DNA of 64,000 bases from positions 62,001-126,000 of the forward strand of contig LVLI01000233.1 in assembly GCA_001687465.1 (NCBI GenBank). The letters are read 5' to 3'. Within the stretch, counting starts at the first letter, position 1. Each line of letters opens with the position of its first letter. This document shows, piece by piece, positions 13,001 to 25,262 of this stretch. The stretch comes from Halocafeteria seosinensis (taxonomy: Eukaryota). Both the position numbers and the translations under genes were made by a program. The notes beneath the pieces were generated by a model, which was given only the letters and a program-made list of their open reading frames with translations, was not told the DNA's origin and ran no database searches.

Positions 13001-13759
13001 GAGCCGGTGTCTTCGAAGACAGCCAAAGCAACTACTAGTGCGTTTGTTGTTAAACCAGAGGAGGGTTCCCATACAACAGATATCCAAGAGAAACCACTGT
13101 CCAGTGTCTACTCAGAGTGGAAACAAGCCCGTAGGTCGTCTTTGAGACGCAGTTCTTTGGATCACAATGCTGCAGAAGCGTCTTCAGGAGAAGCTGTAAC
13201 CCCTGCAGATGACCGGGCAGATGCTCGGCAGAGACCAACAAGTAGGGTTCGCCCAGAAAGTACGAATTCTACCGCTCGCGCCGCTTATACACCGAGAGAA
13301 AAGCAGCGCTCAGCTGGGGTACGGCCTGCCTCCGTGCCCAGCGAGGACAAACTTGGCAGCTCTGGCGTGGCTCGGCATGCTTCTAACAAGAACAGAGTTA
13401 CAAACAGTCTGAAAACTGTGTGCCTCGCTGGACCTCAAAACAGACAAAGATTGCAGGAAGCTCTTGATGCTATCAAGGAGGCTCCGGACCCTTCTAACTT
13501 TGTCATATTATTCCGCAGTACTGAATCTTTGCTTTATAAGGCACTTTATCGCTACAATCCTCAAGAGAGTTACATAACGAAAATCCATGGTAAGGGACCC
13601 CAGCATATCGCCGCAGCGAATCCCCGTATCCGCAAGTTTCTGAAATACAACACTGGCTCTAGGTCCTTCGAGGATTTGCCAACAAGACAAATCACAGTGA
13701 CAACAGACGGCGTATGCATAGCCCCAATTCCGAAAGGGATCGTAGAATCAAATCAATGA
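10067..13759 (+). CDS. RhoGEF (DH)-PH protein with C-terminal CKK (CAMSAP/Patronin-type) domain
   Basis: DH motifs ELFSSEVKYVKYL...SLESLIMMPVQRIPRYLLLLKDL. PH motifs LLFEGYVNK|...CFYIRGSPKSFVFRAAD. CKK motifs NRVTNSLKTVCLAG...NFVILFR...YKALYRY...KIHGKGP..I...KFLKYNTGSRSF..LPTRQITVTTDG. A phase-0 intron (12033-12103) joins the two large ORFs; the 5' exons are less certain. Confidence 0.85.
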
Positions 13760-13848
13760 AACAACCCATGTATATTGTTGTTGTTTTTACTCTTGTTACC
13801 TCTGGCGAACGGACGTTGATTACCGTCGCTCATCAAATACCTACCCAT

Positions 13849-16114
13849 TCATCTACGAGCATCTTGATGGCCGTTAAAGGCTGACTGAGTCGAAGAAGGC
13901 CAAAGATTTCCTACAGAATGGAACGGAGAACTTCCAGAGCTCGAATCTCGAGGAATTCCGTAAGCAGCTCTCGTGCTCGGAGGGTATAAACTCGACGGAG
14001 AGTTTAGAGAGTAGTCTCCCAGCCAATTGGCTCTTGGGGAATGATGGCGATGTTGAGATATTCCATCTCCATTTTGAGAGTCTTCCCGCATGAGTGACTC
14101 GTCGTCAAATGTAAATGCTTTCGGCTTACGCCCTCGCTGTTCCTCTCCGGAAGAGCGGCTTGACGCACCGCCCCCGACGGAAGACGACCCACTCAACGGT
14201 GGGAAGTGATACATATGAGAGGCTGTGGCTCCAGTATCTACTGAAAGGCCATTACTGATAGGCCCACTAGACAGTGGGTAAGGAAGTTGATACATGAAAC
14301 TCCCATTACTCGCAGCTGAAGGAGTGTCCTGAGCACCGAAGTTTGGCGGAGCCATGTATCCTCCTCTCGACGATGGCGGTTGGGGATGCAACTGTTCGTT
14401 TGGGTCGTATGGATGCGACCCTAAAGTAAAGTAATTATCACTATCGAGATAGCCGCGCACAATGAAATCATCAGCACCGCCAGTTGAATTATGAGTACCC
14501 GAGCTTCCTTCCATACTCATTGGAGGGTTAGCGGACAGAGTGGTCTGGATATCGAAGGAGTTGTACGATTCGGCAGAGCCATCCCTGGGCACAGCGACAC
14601 TGCCTGCACTGCTAGGATTCGAGCTTCCTTCTGACTGCGTCGTCGGCCGGGTCGTTTTTCGTCTTTTGGCAGAATTCTGCTCGTTCATGTGTAAGTCCTC
14701 CATATTTTGGTTCAAAGCCTTAGCATAACGACCTGCCATATTCTGCACGGCGTTATACACACTATCCGGAACCTTGTCCTTCAACAGTTCAGGGATCTTG
14801 GAGTACGTTTCCGGATCCGATAAATCCAAGGATAGGAGTTCTGCCGCTCGTACCAGTAATGCCAATACCAACTGGACATGCTTGTTGGCCCTCGTCGTTG
14901 GTGTTAGGACTGTGCCGTTAGGAGTTCTCATCACTGAAGACGTCTGTACGTTGCTAAGCTGCGATACCAAACCTTGGATTTTAGTTGGATCAAGCTCCAA
15001 GTCCGTTCTTATCGACAGGTTCGGCCTCCTCTTCTGTCCAGTTTCACCAGCCCTTCGCTTGCCTTGTCTAGTCCTCGCTCTATCTGTCGAGCCCCGTGAC
15101 TCACTAGCGTTGGTGTTTTTGTTTGATTGCGTACTTGCATTTCTCCTTGAATTATTCCTCCCAGAGCTCTTTTGCTGCTCCACCGATTTTGCAACGGCTG
15201 ACGTAATACACCGCGGAAGAGCGGATGACAAGAGTTCCTTTGAGCTAAAGTGAGAGGGCAACGAATTCTTTAGCACCTGCGAAACAAGACAAGTTGTTAT
15301 AAAAGAATGCTTCCTCTCATACATGCAACGCAGTTCTTACCGAGTAGGATCGCTGAAACGAGGCGGAATCGGACTTCGATACTGAATCTATCAGTCGACT
15401 TAAGCTGCAGAGGATAGGTAAAAGGAACGAGATGAGCTTTCACCAGCAGAAACAACGCTGATGGATCCTTACTCGATGGATTTCTTCTCCGTTTGTCTGG
15501 TACTCCTTGAGGAATTCTGAGCAACCCTTTCAGGGGTATAGAAATGATCTTGAGAGAGAGGCGAGGACATGCTGTAGCCTTCAGGATAAGACTTAGAATG
15601 GACCGACGTATGGCTGGTTGTCGCAGCACTGGCGGACTCTTCCTCTTCCTCAAGGTGTCTCGATACCTCTTTATGAATTCTTCGAACATTTCTTCGCATA
15701 GTGGAATACCAGTGGTTTTTAATCTGGTTATCCGTCCTGTATCAATTTACACGAGTGTTGAGAAATAAACAGTAAGAAATCGTATATCGTAGTGACCACC
15801 AGCTGCGGCAGCACCTACCTTCCAGGTAATAGTTTGGCTATTTCCGCCCATTTATTTCCGAATTTCTTCTGGGCATCGTAGATAATTTGTTCCTCCTCTT
15901 CTGTCCATGGCGTTCTGACAATGGCAGGGTTCAGATGATTAATCCATCGGGCTCTGCATTGTTTTCCGGAGCGTTCAATTCCGGTCTTCGCCCCCAATTC
16001 ACGGGCCACCCGGGTCCATTTCTTCGTTCCAAAGCTGTGTACTAGTTGCACAAGGGTATTATCCTCAAACGTGGACCACTTCTTACGACTTCCTCCAGCA
16101 CTGAATTCGTCCAT
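13849..16114 (-). CDS. R2R3-MYB transcription factor
   Basis: KWSTFEDNTL...WTRVA...RSGKQCRARWINHLNP...PWTEEEE.II..Q.KFGNKWAEIAKLLPGR|TDNQIKNHWYSTMRR. Long Ser/Gly/Pro-rich C-terminus; several introns. Confidence 0.9.
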
Positions 16115-17534
16115 CTTGACTGAAATATCGCACAAATAAACGAAAACTCGCTAAGTGGTTCAACACTGTCTCGTTTTTCTTGCACTTCGTCGGTCTCTTT
16201 CCAGGTCTTTAGTGCATTGCAAGGGTGATTTTCTTACAGGAATACGCCAAAGGGATACTTTGACCGTGAGAGCACGTGTAGACAAGGTTAAGACAAGTGC
16301 ATAGAGGTGTTTGAAGCTCAAATCTCCTCGTGCTTGGCGGAGACCGGCTTTCAGTTGAACCTGTGGTTCTAACAGGATCTACAGTTCACAGTATTGCCAT
16401 GCAAACAACGAGGAATACTGGAATGACGAAACAGACAACACATAAACCAATACAGCGTATTGTCGTTTGGTTTCAACAGCAAATACGACAGCATGGACGT
16501 CCGTAACAAAGACGCAGGTTTGATTGTCGTGTTGCGTTTGGAGATTATGTGAATGCTTTGCTATTGCCACCACCGTCCTGAATACATTACTGATTCTGCA
16601 CGTCTGTGTAGTGCTAGTTTGGTTGCAGTGCCTGAATCAGAAGAAATCATGGTGCACCTATCGGTAGGAAGAGTGGCTTGGCTGTTCCCGTTGTACCCAG
16701 AACTTCTGGGCCAGAAGGCTTTAGTCAGTATTTACAGTAGAACCCATTATTCCAGAACACGCCAACACGAAGAGATCCAAGTTATTCCCAGCATATTTCA
16801 TATGGCGTTTATTCTATGAAGTGAAGACGATCTTACCTTTGATCAGTATCATGGATTACGGTACAATCTGACAACTGGATTACCACGGTGGGTTGTAGCC
16901 TGTTCATACCGTTTGTTGGCTGTCTACAACTGATACGGTGGATCGTGAGATTGATTTATCTTAATATATGAGCAGAGAGTCTCAAACCGAAAACCACAGC
17001 GGCGAGTTATTTCGATGATTTACAACGTCCTCCTTCGGGGGTGACATTGGAATGCAAGTCTTGGACGAAGTGGTTTCCTGTGAGCACTACTGTACAAAAC
17101 CAATGGAGACCTCGTGAGGGATACAGTCAATATGGCCAGTATAGTGTGCAGTGCTTTCCTGTGCAAAATATCTGTTAAAGTAGATTGCTCGTTGTAGCAG
17201 ATTTGGTCTCTGCCACCAGTCACGTTACGACACAGTTGCATGCCACAGGTAAGTGATCATAACGCTTATTGGATCGGCCCGAGAACGAGGTTAACAACAT
17301 AGCATAAATACAGTGAAAACTCGTAGTAGACTACCATGATAAGTTGACAAATACCGAGAATTACCCAAGGGGTGTAACCTTCACAAAGTCTTCATACACT
17401 ATCAGAGGCCATACAAGGGCCGATGATCATAGGAAATTGAAATCTACGGTGTTGTTACTGGTATTTTACTGTTTTTTAAACATAAAGCAAGACCTCAGCG
17501 AGTGTAGACTTTGACGAATGGCTTAGTAAAGGAC

Positions 17535-18452
17535 ATGTCGACACGGAACCTGAAGAACAGTCAGATACACGCCGAGATGGCTTCATCTACGCAAGCTGCA
17601 GCAGGCGCACCAGCCTCTACGAAAGGACCAGTTACAGAGGAGACAACTAAGGGTACTGTAGACCCAGTATCCAGTGACACAGCTTCCACACAGGCTTCAA
17701 CTAAGACGTCAAACGAAGGCAGACATATCAGTATCCACGATGCGGCTCGAGAAGGTGATACAAATAACCTCGTGCTGTGTTTAGGCACTGTGGCAACTTC
17801 TTCAGGAGCAGATATAATTAATTCCAAAGACAAACATCGCGTAAGTGCTTGTGCTTAAGTTATATGTCGTTTGTACTGTACAAGTTAAGAGGAAAGAACA
17901 CTCATGTCACTCAACATTTGCCGACGCAGAGGACGCCTTTACATTTGGCAAGCTTCAAAGGCAATGTAGACTGTATTAAGCTTCTAGTATCAAGCGGTTC
18001 CCAGGTCAATGCGGAAGCACAGGACGGTATCACCCCCTTACAGTTTGCGGTACAATCTGGTAACCTTGAAGCAGCGAAAGAGCTCCTTCTTTCTGGGGCC
18101 AATGTCGATTGCAAGGTTAGTTTTGACTTTGGTTTCATTTGCGAGTAGATCTAGTAGTAGATCCACTTATTGAGAGTGCCAAAAGTTGCAGATGAAGAAA
18201 GGCAAAACGCCGTTAATGACTGCTGCCGCAAAGGGCCAGGACGACTTGGTTAAACTGCTACTCGAGCACCAAGCAGACATCTCTGCACAAGACAAGAGTG
18301 GAAAGAAGGCTGAAGACTATGCAAAGAAGGATAGCACGAAGCAGATATTGTCCGCTGCCTCCAAAAAGAGGTCACGTCGTGACAGCAGCGACTGGGGAGA
18401 GGAAGAACAAGATTTAACGAACGTCAAGCAACATCGACAAGAAGACAAGTGA
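17535..18452 (+). CDS. Ankyrin-repeat protein
   Basis: Three exons containing IHDAAREGD, TPLHLASFKGN, TPLQFAVQSGN and TPLMTAAAKGQ. Start codon uncertain (17535 or 17577). Confidence 0.85.
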
Positions 18453-18825
18453 TCATTTCTTTTTTTACTTAAATAGAATTATTGACCCACTTTCTTAACG
18501 TGGGTTATATCATGTAAGTTCCGCTGTGCAGTCTCTCGGCATCATACGTTTCTCTGCGAGTGTTCGGCGACTGTTCGTCCTGGTAATGTTAAAGACATAA
18601 TTTGAGAGAGTATATTGCACAAAGTTAAACTGAGAATACAAAATAGTGTCGTGTGTTATCTATTATTCACTGTAATCTTGCGTACGAAAAAGATGGTGGG
18701 CGAAAATTCTCATCCATACAAGAGTATTCTTGGCAGACAACACTCGACTCAACGTAAACAGAGTTGATACTGACGGATCCAAGTATATTCATTTTCAGCA
18801 AAACCGAGAAAAAACTTAAACTAAG

Positions 18826-19178
18826 ATGGCGTCGTCGGGGTCTCCTCTGATGGAAGCGGTAAAGGCGGGGCGACAAGAATGCCAAGACCGCGCAGAAAGA
18901 GTCGCTCAGCGTCTTGAATCATCCAAGAAGACTCCCACCAAAGAAGAAAAAGAGGGAGAGGTATGAAAGTTCATCCCATATACACAAATATAAAATGGCT
19001 CTTGGCACGTTGTCGAGGTTTTACCCTCTCTTGTTCGCTCTTGCAGAGGCCCACCACAGACCCGAAAGGGAACGCGGATACGCCTGGTTCACGAGGCCTT
19101 TCAGAGGCACTGGAAGAGCAAAAAGAACTTGTTGCCAAACGCCAGGAAGAGTTTAGCCGGAATATACGGAACCAGTAG
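18826..19178 (+). CDS. Small hypothetical coiled-coil protein (two exons)
   Basis: ATG at 18826 (MASSGSPLMEAVK...), GT-AG intron ~18961-19046, in-frame second exon RPTTDPK...EEFSRNIRNQ*. Confidence 0.45.
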
Positions 19179-19532
19179 TGCAATACTTCATGTGGAAGCC
19201 AGAAGGGCCTGAGAAGGCTCAAAGCCTGTGCTCTTCATCACTGTCGGACGGTTGAAGGAAGAGTGGTACACAAACTCATTCACAGTTTCTTAAAGGGTTG
19301 TAGAAAGCACTCGGGGCTCCCAAAATACACAAATGTCTTTCAGAAGTCAGACAATCCAAGGAATTATCTGCCTGTGGCACCCATTGAATACACAAGCTTG
19401 ATTGTATCTTTAGCTCCATCAACGCAATTCGTTCTAGGATTCCAGGCAATTCCACTTGGACAATGGGAATTGTTAAGTACCACTGAGAACTTTGTGCCCT
19501 GTGAAAGCGGCTGATTGAATACCACAATCAGA

Positions 19533-20436
19533 ATGAGTGAACTGGAACGTGCCAAAAAGGAAGCTTCCGAGCGCCGCCACCGACGGGCTGAGGCTCTGGC
19601 TGAGCGCCTATCAGAAGGCTCCGGTCCCTCTTCCAGCGAAGGAGCATCGCCCTCAAGTAGCCCAGTATGTACCAATGATAAGTGTGTCGACGAACGTCCA
19701 TGCTTCACTCCATGCCCTCGTCCAGACCCGAAGGAACCCGCGATCAGCTTCAGCATCGGCCTCAGCATCAGCAGCGAGTGGTCGAAGTCCCAAACAAAAT
19801 ACGGACTCGTCCCTGGAAGCAGTTCTCGCTAGTGAGAGGGAGAGAGTCCAACAGCGGGTGGACAATTTTGTGAAGAAATTACTGAGCCAGTTTCAGGATG
19901 TCTCCGCTCAACCATTAGGCGACTCAGTAGTGGGATTCAAACGGCGGAGACTTCCGGACGAGGAAAATGAGGCTCAGTCCTGTAGTGCCTCCAATGTGGA
20001 CTCGAGTCTGGAGCAGCAAGGGAGGATCTTAAGCTATAGCTTTCAAGAAGCACTTCATGGATACATACAGAGAATAGTGCTATCAGAGTCGGTAGAAGAG
20101 AGACAAAGAAGTCGCTATGAACTCCTAGATATGTTCCATGATGAAGCCACGTGTCATATTAACTCGTACAATTGTACGAAAGTCGGTTTTGTTGACGCCC
20201 TTCTTACGTATTTTCAGGTGTATCATATCCAACTTGTTGTAAGTGACACAAGATACTTCCCAGAATCAGACGGCCAGAATAGAATTCGCCAACTGGGACT
20301 CCTATCATTCGGCAAGATGTGGAGTGTAAGCCTCGAAAACTCTCCCGAAGTTGACATGGAGCTTCGAATCACGCTGACGCGGCAAGAAGAAACCCAAAAA
20401 TATCTAGTCACTGAGTATATCTTCAAGCATTCGTAA
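19533..20436 (+). CDS. Hypothetical protein with C-terminal alpha/beta (possibly NTF2-like) domain
   Basis: ATG at 19533 and a phase-0 intron (19665-19725) join into the 299-aa ORF. The fold guess rests only on the helix/strand pattern. Confidence 0.55.
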
Positions 20437-20472
20437 AGTCGATCGTGCCTGACATTTCCAGACTCGTTATTC

Positions 20473-22100
20473 TCATGACGGCGCAGGCGCAGCCCCCTGT
20501 TGAAATGCATTCAGCAACTGGGACACGCCAAGTGAACGACGACCGAAGCGAGCAGCTTGGCTAAATCCTCTGCCACCGTTATTATGCTTCGTTCTAACAC
20601 GCTGAGATTTTCTAGTTGTCGTTTCTGCTGCCTTGCTATCGCCTCTATTAGAGGCAGCATCCTTGGAGCTAGCTGCGGAACCTTCGGTGTTTTTTTTATC
20701 CAATGCCTTAGAAGGTCCATCCCATAGCTTTGGATTATAAACATTCTCCCATATAACCTCAAATGATTTCTGGGTCTTAATGCGACGCAGAGATATTGTA
20801 GTATCTGTCGGAGAATGTACATGATAGCCCTTGAGTTTTACTACAGTTTCATTCGGCGACTGCTCAACTGATTCAACAAGGCCCGCATACAATCTGGAGA
20901 TTTGCGGTACGTTTTGCGTATGATGTAATTTCAGCTCTTGGTAAGAAATCATGTCCCCCCTCTGTGGAGGTTCGCTAATTGAACGATGATCCATATACGT
21001 AACAGACTCCTCATCGGCGTCCGTCTGTTCACCTCCTCCTTGGCTTGTATTCTGCGTTCGTTCCGTTTGCCCATTCTGGGGGGCAGTAGTAGAACTTCCA
21101 TGGTTCTGAATAGGGTTTTGCGCTGGTTCTGTGGTTACACTGAGTGCGCTAGATACCTCAACTTGATCCTGGACAGAACGAGAGACTTGGTTGGAGACCA
21201 ATCCAGAAGGTTGTGGAGTGGCGGAGATGGTAGACGTAGCACCGCCGTGATCACAGTCTTGTTGTGAGCTCTGTGCAATGATCCCACCAGAAGACGTTTC
21301 CGGCCTTTCTTCTGTGTCATCTGCCGATTCAATTGCCTTTTTCGCCTTCTTTTGTTTTCTTGCAGCTTTCTTTGTAGCCTCCCTGTGTAAAGCTTTCTGT
21401 CGCAACCCCTCTTGTCGAGCTTTCCATCCCGAGGCAGGATCTCTCACATTCAGGCGAGCAATATCTCCGTCGTGCATTGTACGTATGGCGCACTCTTCAG
21501 TGCCGTCGGTAGTTGTGGGAGCTTGTTCTGTTGTCTCTGTCGCTTTCCTGGTGCTCTCATCCTCTTCCCGAGAACGCTTTCGTTTGGTTGACTTCTTCGG
21601 TTTCTGTTTTGCGGTCTCTTGGTGCTTTTCACTTTTCGGTTTACTACTAGAAGATTTTTTGAGCTTTTTTTCTACTTTGGACGACTTTTTCTTGGTCGTT
21701 GTTCGTGTCTCTGCAAGTGGCTGGACCCTCACGTTGTCTCCTTCGCGCAACACTTTGGTTGATTCCGACGCAGGAATGAACGCGGTTCCAATATACAGCT
21801 GTACATCCTGCTCAACCCCTAGGCATTCTCGAATATGCGCTTGAAGATCCCCGATCGTAGGGCACTCGGGTGGAACTCTAATACAGACTTGTGAGACTTG
21901 GTCCTCATTGCCAATTATCGTGACAAATATACGAATATCCGTAACTATGAATCCTGCAGGAGGACTGCTGTGTCTGCACCAGCAGCCAAAACACCAATAC
22001 ATGCTCTCAGAAAATGTTCCAGCAAAGAGCAGTCCTTACATATGGGGAGGTTGAGGAGAGGAACATGTGTATGCACTCACAAAGGGCGTAGACGACGCAT
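20473..22100 (-). CDS. COIL: Coilin-like protein (Cajal body scaffold)
   Basis: N-terminal TIGDL..HIR..LG....VQLYIG.AFIP..EST.VLREGD.VRV, a Lys/Ser-rich middle, and C-terminal Tudor-like PQRGDMISYQEL.L....PQIS..Y.G.V. The first exon (ATG 22100) is inferred. Confidence 0.75.
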
Positions 22101-22349
22101 GGGGGCTCCACGGCGATAATTGAACACCCCCTCCTCCTCCTGTGTTGTACGGCGTACGCCATTGAGCAGCTCCCTGCAATGATTGAGTTGTCATTCTTAT
22201 TATTTTTCTCTATTGAATGAATATTCTATTTCTAGCAATACTTTTACGTAAGAGACCATACCTCCACGTCGAAGATATTTGAATTTTGATTGAATTGCGC
22301 TCGTACATACGGTGTTTCTTCAGCACAACGACGAATTACAATATAGAGT

Positions 22350-23123
22350 ATGGAGCCCGAGCGACTGGTGGACAGTCTGCCGTCATGGATAGAGGAGGAA
22401 ACAACGGCGCTCTTGAATGCACCGCCGGGGACACCGTTCCCACGACCTGGAGTTTCCTGTGTAGGAGGCATTTTTGATGTTTTCCACAGCAAAGAAGATG
22501 AATCTTTACCTCCCTGTGAGCGAGTTTGTTTCACATTTACCGACGCCCGAAAGTGCATCTTTGCGTTCTTGTCGCCCGAGGCGTTTAACGACCTCACTCG
22601 GCGCTGTGGGGACTCGTCGGATTGGACTTGCCTATTGTTACATTTGCTGGATTTCGAGTTTGTCTCCGTTTTGAGGAAAGGATACCCGCGAGCGGAGATA
22701 GCACTTTACATCAAGAGTTTCGAAAAGTGTGGTTTAGCTGTGCATTTTGCTGACCAAATAGGATCGGTAGAGTATATTCTGGACTGCCAGGAAGTTAAGC
22801 AGCCTTGGACTGAGATGTCAATGTCATCCAGGTATAAGATAGCGCCGCTGGCAAAAAAACTACAGTGCCCTCCTATCGGAGTATTTAAGGGAGAAGGGAA
22901 TCAACAATTGGCGCGAACCCCCTTCAAGACAGTCACTGGTGCCGAAGTAAAAAGGAAAGCAAGACTCCTTGGTGAGAAAAGGAACGAACACGAAGAAATA
23001 CCGGAAATAAGTCCTGCCTTGGAGACAAATGAAGAGGGTAAATATCGGGACCAAGGCTCAGAGAGTAGCTGTTCCGTAGAGGGCGTTGGACATTATGATA
23101 TGAGTGTGGATCCGCTCGGATGA
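22350..23123 (+). CDS. TPP1/ACD/Est3-like OB-fold telomere protein (putative)
   Basis: The pattern LPSWI...GGIFDVF...FTDARKCIFAFLSPEAF...LLLHLLDFEF...EIALYIKSFE...YILDCQEVK parallels the TPP1 OB fold (LRPWI, SDG.HSV.C.VT.EA, RLLLLQD, EFYLQVD.F). Confidence 0.6.
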   Translation: MEPERLVDSLPSWIEEETTALLNAPPGTPFPRPGVSCVGGIFDVFHSKEDESLPPCERVCFTFTDARKCIFAFLSPEAFNDLTRRCGDSSDWTCLLLHLLDFEFVSVLRKGYPRAEIALYIKSFEKCGLAVHFADQIGSVEYILDCQEVKQPWTEMSMSSRYKIAPLAKKLQCPPIGVFKGEGNQQLARTPFKTVTGAEVKRKARLLGEKRNEHEEIPEISPALETNEEGKYRDQGSESSCSVEGVGHYDMSVDPLG

Positions 23124-23180
23124 ATCGACCGGTAGCATTGCACAGAGTTGCTCCCTTTAGCACTAACTACTTACAGCCGT

Positions 23181-23600
23181 TTACTTCGAAGCAGGCTTTT
23201 CCACGGCTGATGCACTTGTGTCCTCAAGCTTTGGGTGGGCGTCCGACGAGTTCATCAATCTGGAACACAAGAAAGGGCGCAGTTCTTAGAGCGTACGAGA
23301 CCATTCCGTCACACAGCTATGAACATACTCTAGCATCTCTGCTTTCTCTCCTTCTTGGATCTTTTGTTTCCTGGCAATTTTCCTAAGTTGTTTTCCGGAA
23401 GGCTTCGGTCCATTCTTGATTTCATGCGATTTCGTAAACTGTTGCTGGTATGATGTTTTCTTGTTGATTCGATGTCGCCTTCGTTTTCGGTTCGCATCCC
23501 TGGATGAATTCCAGTTGCAACAAGAACATGTAAATGTGACTGATTTCCGGTAACTCAGTTCTGCTACGTACTCTTTCTTCCTGTTAATACCACGACCCAT
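23181..23600 (-). CDS. Small basic protein, Alb1/C11orf98-like (60S biogenesis)
   Basis: MGRGINRKK...RKRRR...SGKQLRKIARKQKIQEGEKAEML, with a spliced last exon ending EKPASK*. Confidence 0.5.
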
Positions 23601-24083
23601 TATGTCTTTGCTCCACGTGATCGCGTGCGAGAGTGGCTCAAGCCCTAAGCTCCTTCTAAAGGTTTCGTACAGTCTCAAGAAGAACACCACAGCGCTCTAG
23701 AACTTGATTTACTTCGCACTTCCTCTCTATATATCCAAATCCTGCTGTTGTTGCTCTCTGTGTGAGGTCGCCGACTCGCCGAGGTGTCAGCGCCCAACTT
23801 CAACGTCAAGCCAAGAAAGCTCAGGTTCAACCTTCCACTTTTCTTACAGGTTCACAGCCAATATCCAAAACTGTGAAGCGGGGTGCAATTTGCCGTGCAA
23901 TGCATGCCATAAGTGGAATTGATGCATGAATGAGTGCCTACAAGACAGTCGCGAGTATCGCTGTGCCACCTGCCGGAACAATTGGTATTTCACTTGCTAG
24001 AACCGGAGAAAATTGGCTAGAGACGCAGGCCTTCAAGTTTGTTTAAACGAAACGCTATTCAGATAGAACCCTTATCAACCACG

Positions 24084-25262
24084 ATGGAAGACACTGGAGG
24101 ACTGGGCCGTCTCCATAGTGGAACGAGCGCGTATGAGCAGGAGGATTTTGGGAGGATAGACTACTCTACGCTGTCTACAAGTCGCTCTGGACCACTGGTC
24201 CATAGCTCCTCAGTGGAATCGAATGGGCCTTTTTACAGACGTCCGACCGACAATAGTATACCAAGAGAATGGTCTACGTCTAGTTTCGACGTCTACGACG
24301 GTAGAGTGGATGAGCAAGGTTCCAATTTCCTCGCCACACCGTCAGTAGCCACGAGCCAGGAGCTCGATGGTTCAGTGCCGATCCCTAACAGTCAAGAGCT
24401 CGATGATTCTCATTATAGGCGTTCCAGTAGAGCGAAAAAGCGCGGGAGGTATACAGAAGTAGAACAGAGTGATGATATCGTCGTGGTGTCGCACAATCCG
24501 CCTCGAGGGTCCAGTAACCAGGGAAGCTATGTCGAAGACGAGCAGAGTGAAGAAGACACATTGTACAAGAAGATGCCCAACTACGGGGAGAAGACTAGCG
24601 ACAGCGTCACAATTGCTTCCGAAGACGATAACCTCCGGAAGCCCTCACACGAGTCAGAGCAGCATGAAGCAAATAACGGCAAGAGGTGTGGCGGCAAAGC
24701 CAGAGATATTGAAACCATGGGACTGCCTGATGTGTCGATGATAGACCCGAATTGCGGACTCCCCGACAAGATTTTCCGGGAATATAGTCCTGATGATGCT
24801 GTTTCTACAACATCGTTATCCTCGCAACCACTAGAACTTCGTTTGCTGCTGTCTAGCAAGGCTGCCGCCGCGCTGCGCCCGAATTCTCTTCGCTCTCAAT
24901 TCAGAGCTTCTTTGATCCAATGGGGGACGGGAAATCCTTTAACATACCTGGATGAAGAAGGAGAAATTCGACAAGCAGAGCCTTGTGTCAAGAGGCTGAA
25001 GCTGATGAAGGAGGGTAATAGGACGTATCTGTCAATGTGTATCCAGAGGAAGGGGGCAGCCAACGACCACTCGAAGTCGCTACCATTGAGCCGGAGCCAC
25101 GGCGGTTTTCCCTTTCACTTTATATTTGAAATCACTCCAACAGGAGAAGTTATTAAGTCGAATCCGGTAGAAATTTTGTCGAAAGAAACTCAAAAGCAAA
25201 GGAAAGAGAAGTCCGTTGTCAAACTTCTCGAGAGCAAGGGGAAGCTCGACTCACTAGTTTAA
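24084..25262 (+). CDS. Putative transcription factor, unassigned-domain family member 1 (one domain, ~24744-25190)
   Basis: Uninterrupted ORF. Disordered Ser/acidic N-terminus with KKR. Domain FREY..SQPLELRLLLS..EPCV..IQRKG..KSLPLSRSHGGFPFHFIF..SNPVEILSK. Confidence 0.75.
   Translation: MEDTGGLGRLHSGTSAYEQEDFGRIDYSTLSTSRSGPLVHSSSVESNGPFYRRPTDNSIPREWSTSSFDVYDGRVDEQGSNFLATPSVATSQELDGSVPIPNSQELDDSHYRRSSRAKKRGRYTEVEQSDDIVVVSHNPPRGSSNQGSYVEDEQSEEDTLYKKMPNYGEKTSDSVTIASEDDNLRKPSHESEQHEANNGKRCGGKARDIETMGLPDVSMIDPNCGLPDKIFREYSPDDAVSTTSLSSQPLELRLLLSSKAAAALRPNSLRSQFRASLIQWGTGNPLTYLDEEGEIRQAEPCVKRLKLMKEGNRTYLSMCIQRKGAANDHSKSLPLSRSHGGFPFHFIFEITPTGEVIKSNPVEILSKETQKQRKEKSVVKLLESKGKLDSLV

Noticed and set aside
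16115..17530. 1.4-kb gap between the MYB and ankyrin genes, as a possible ncRNA or mobile element
   Set aside because: No repeats, RNA motifs or credible ORF; most simply regulatory or UTR sequence.
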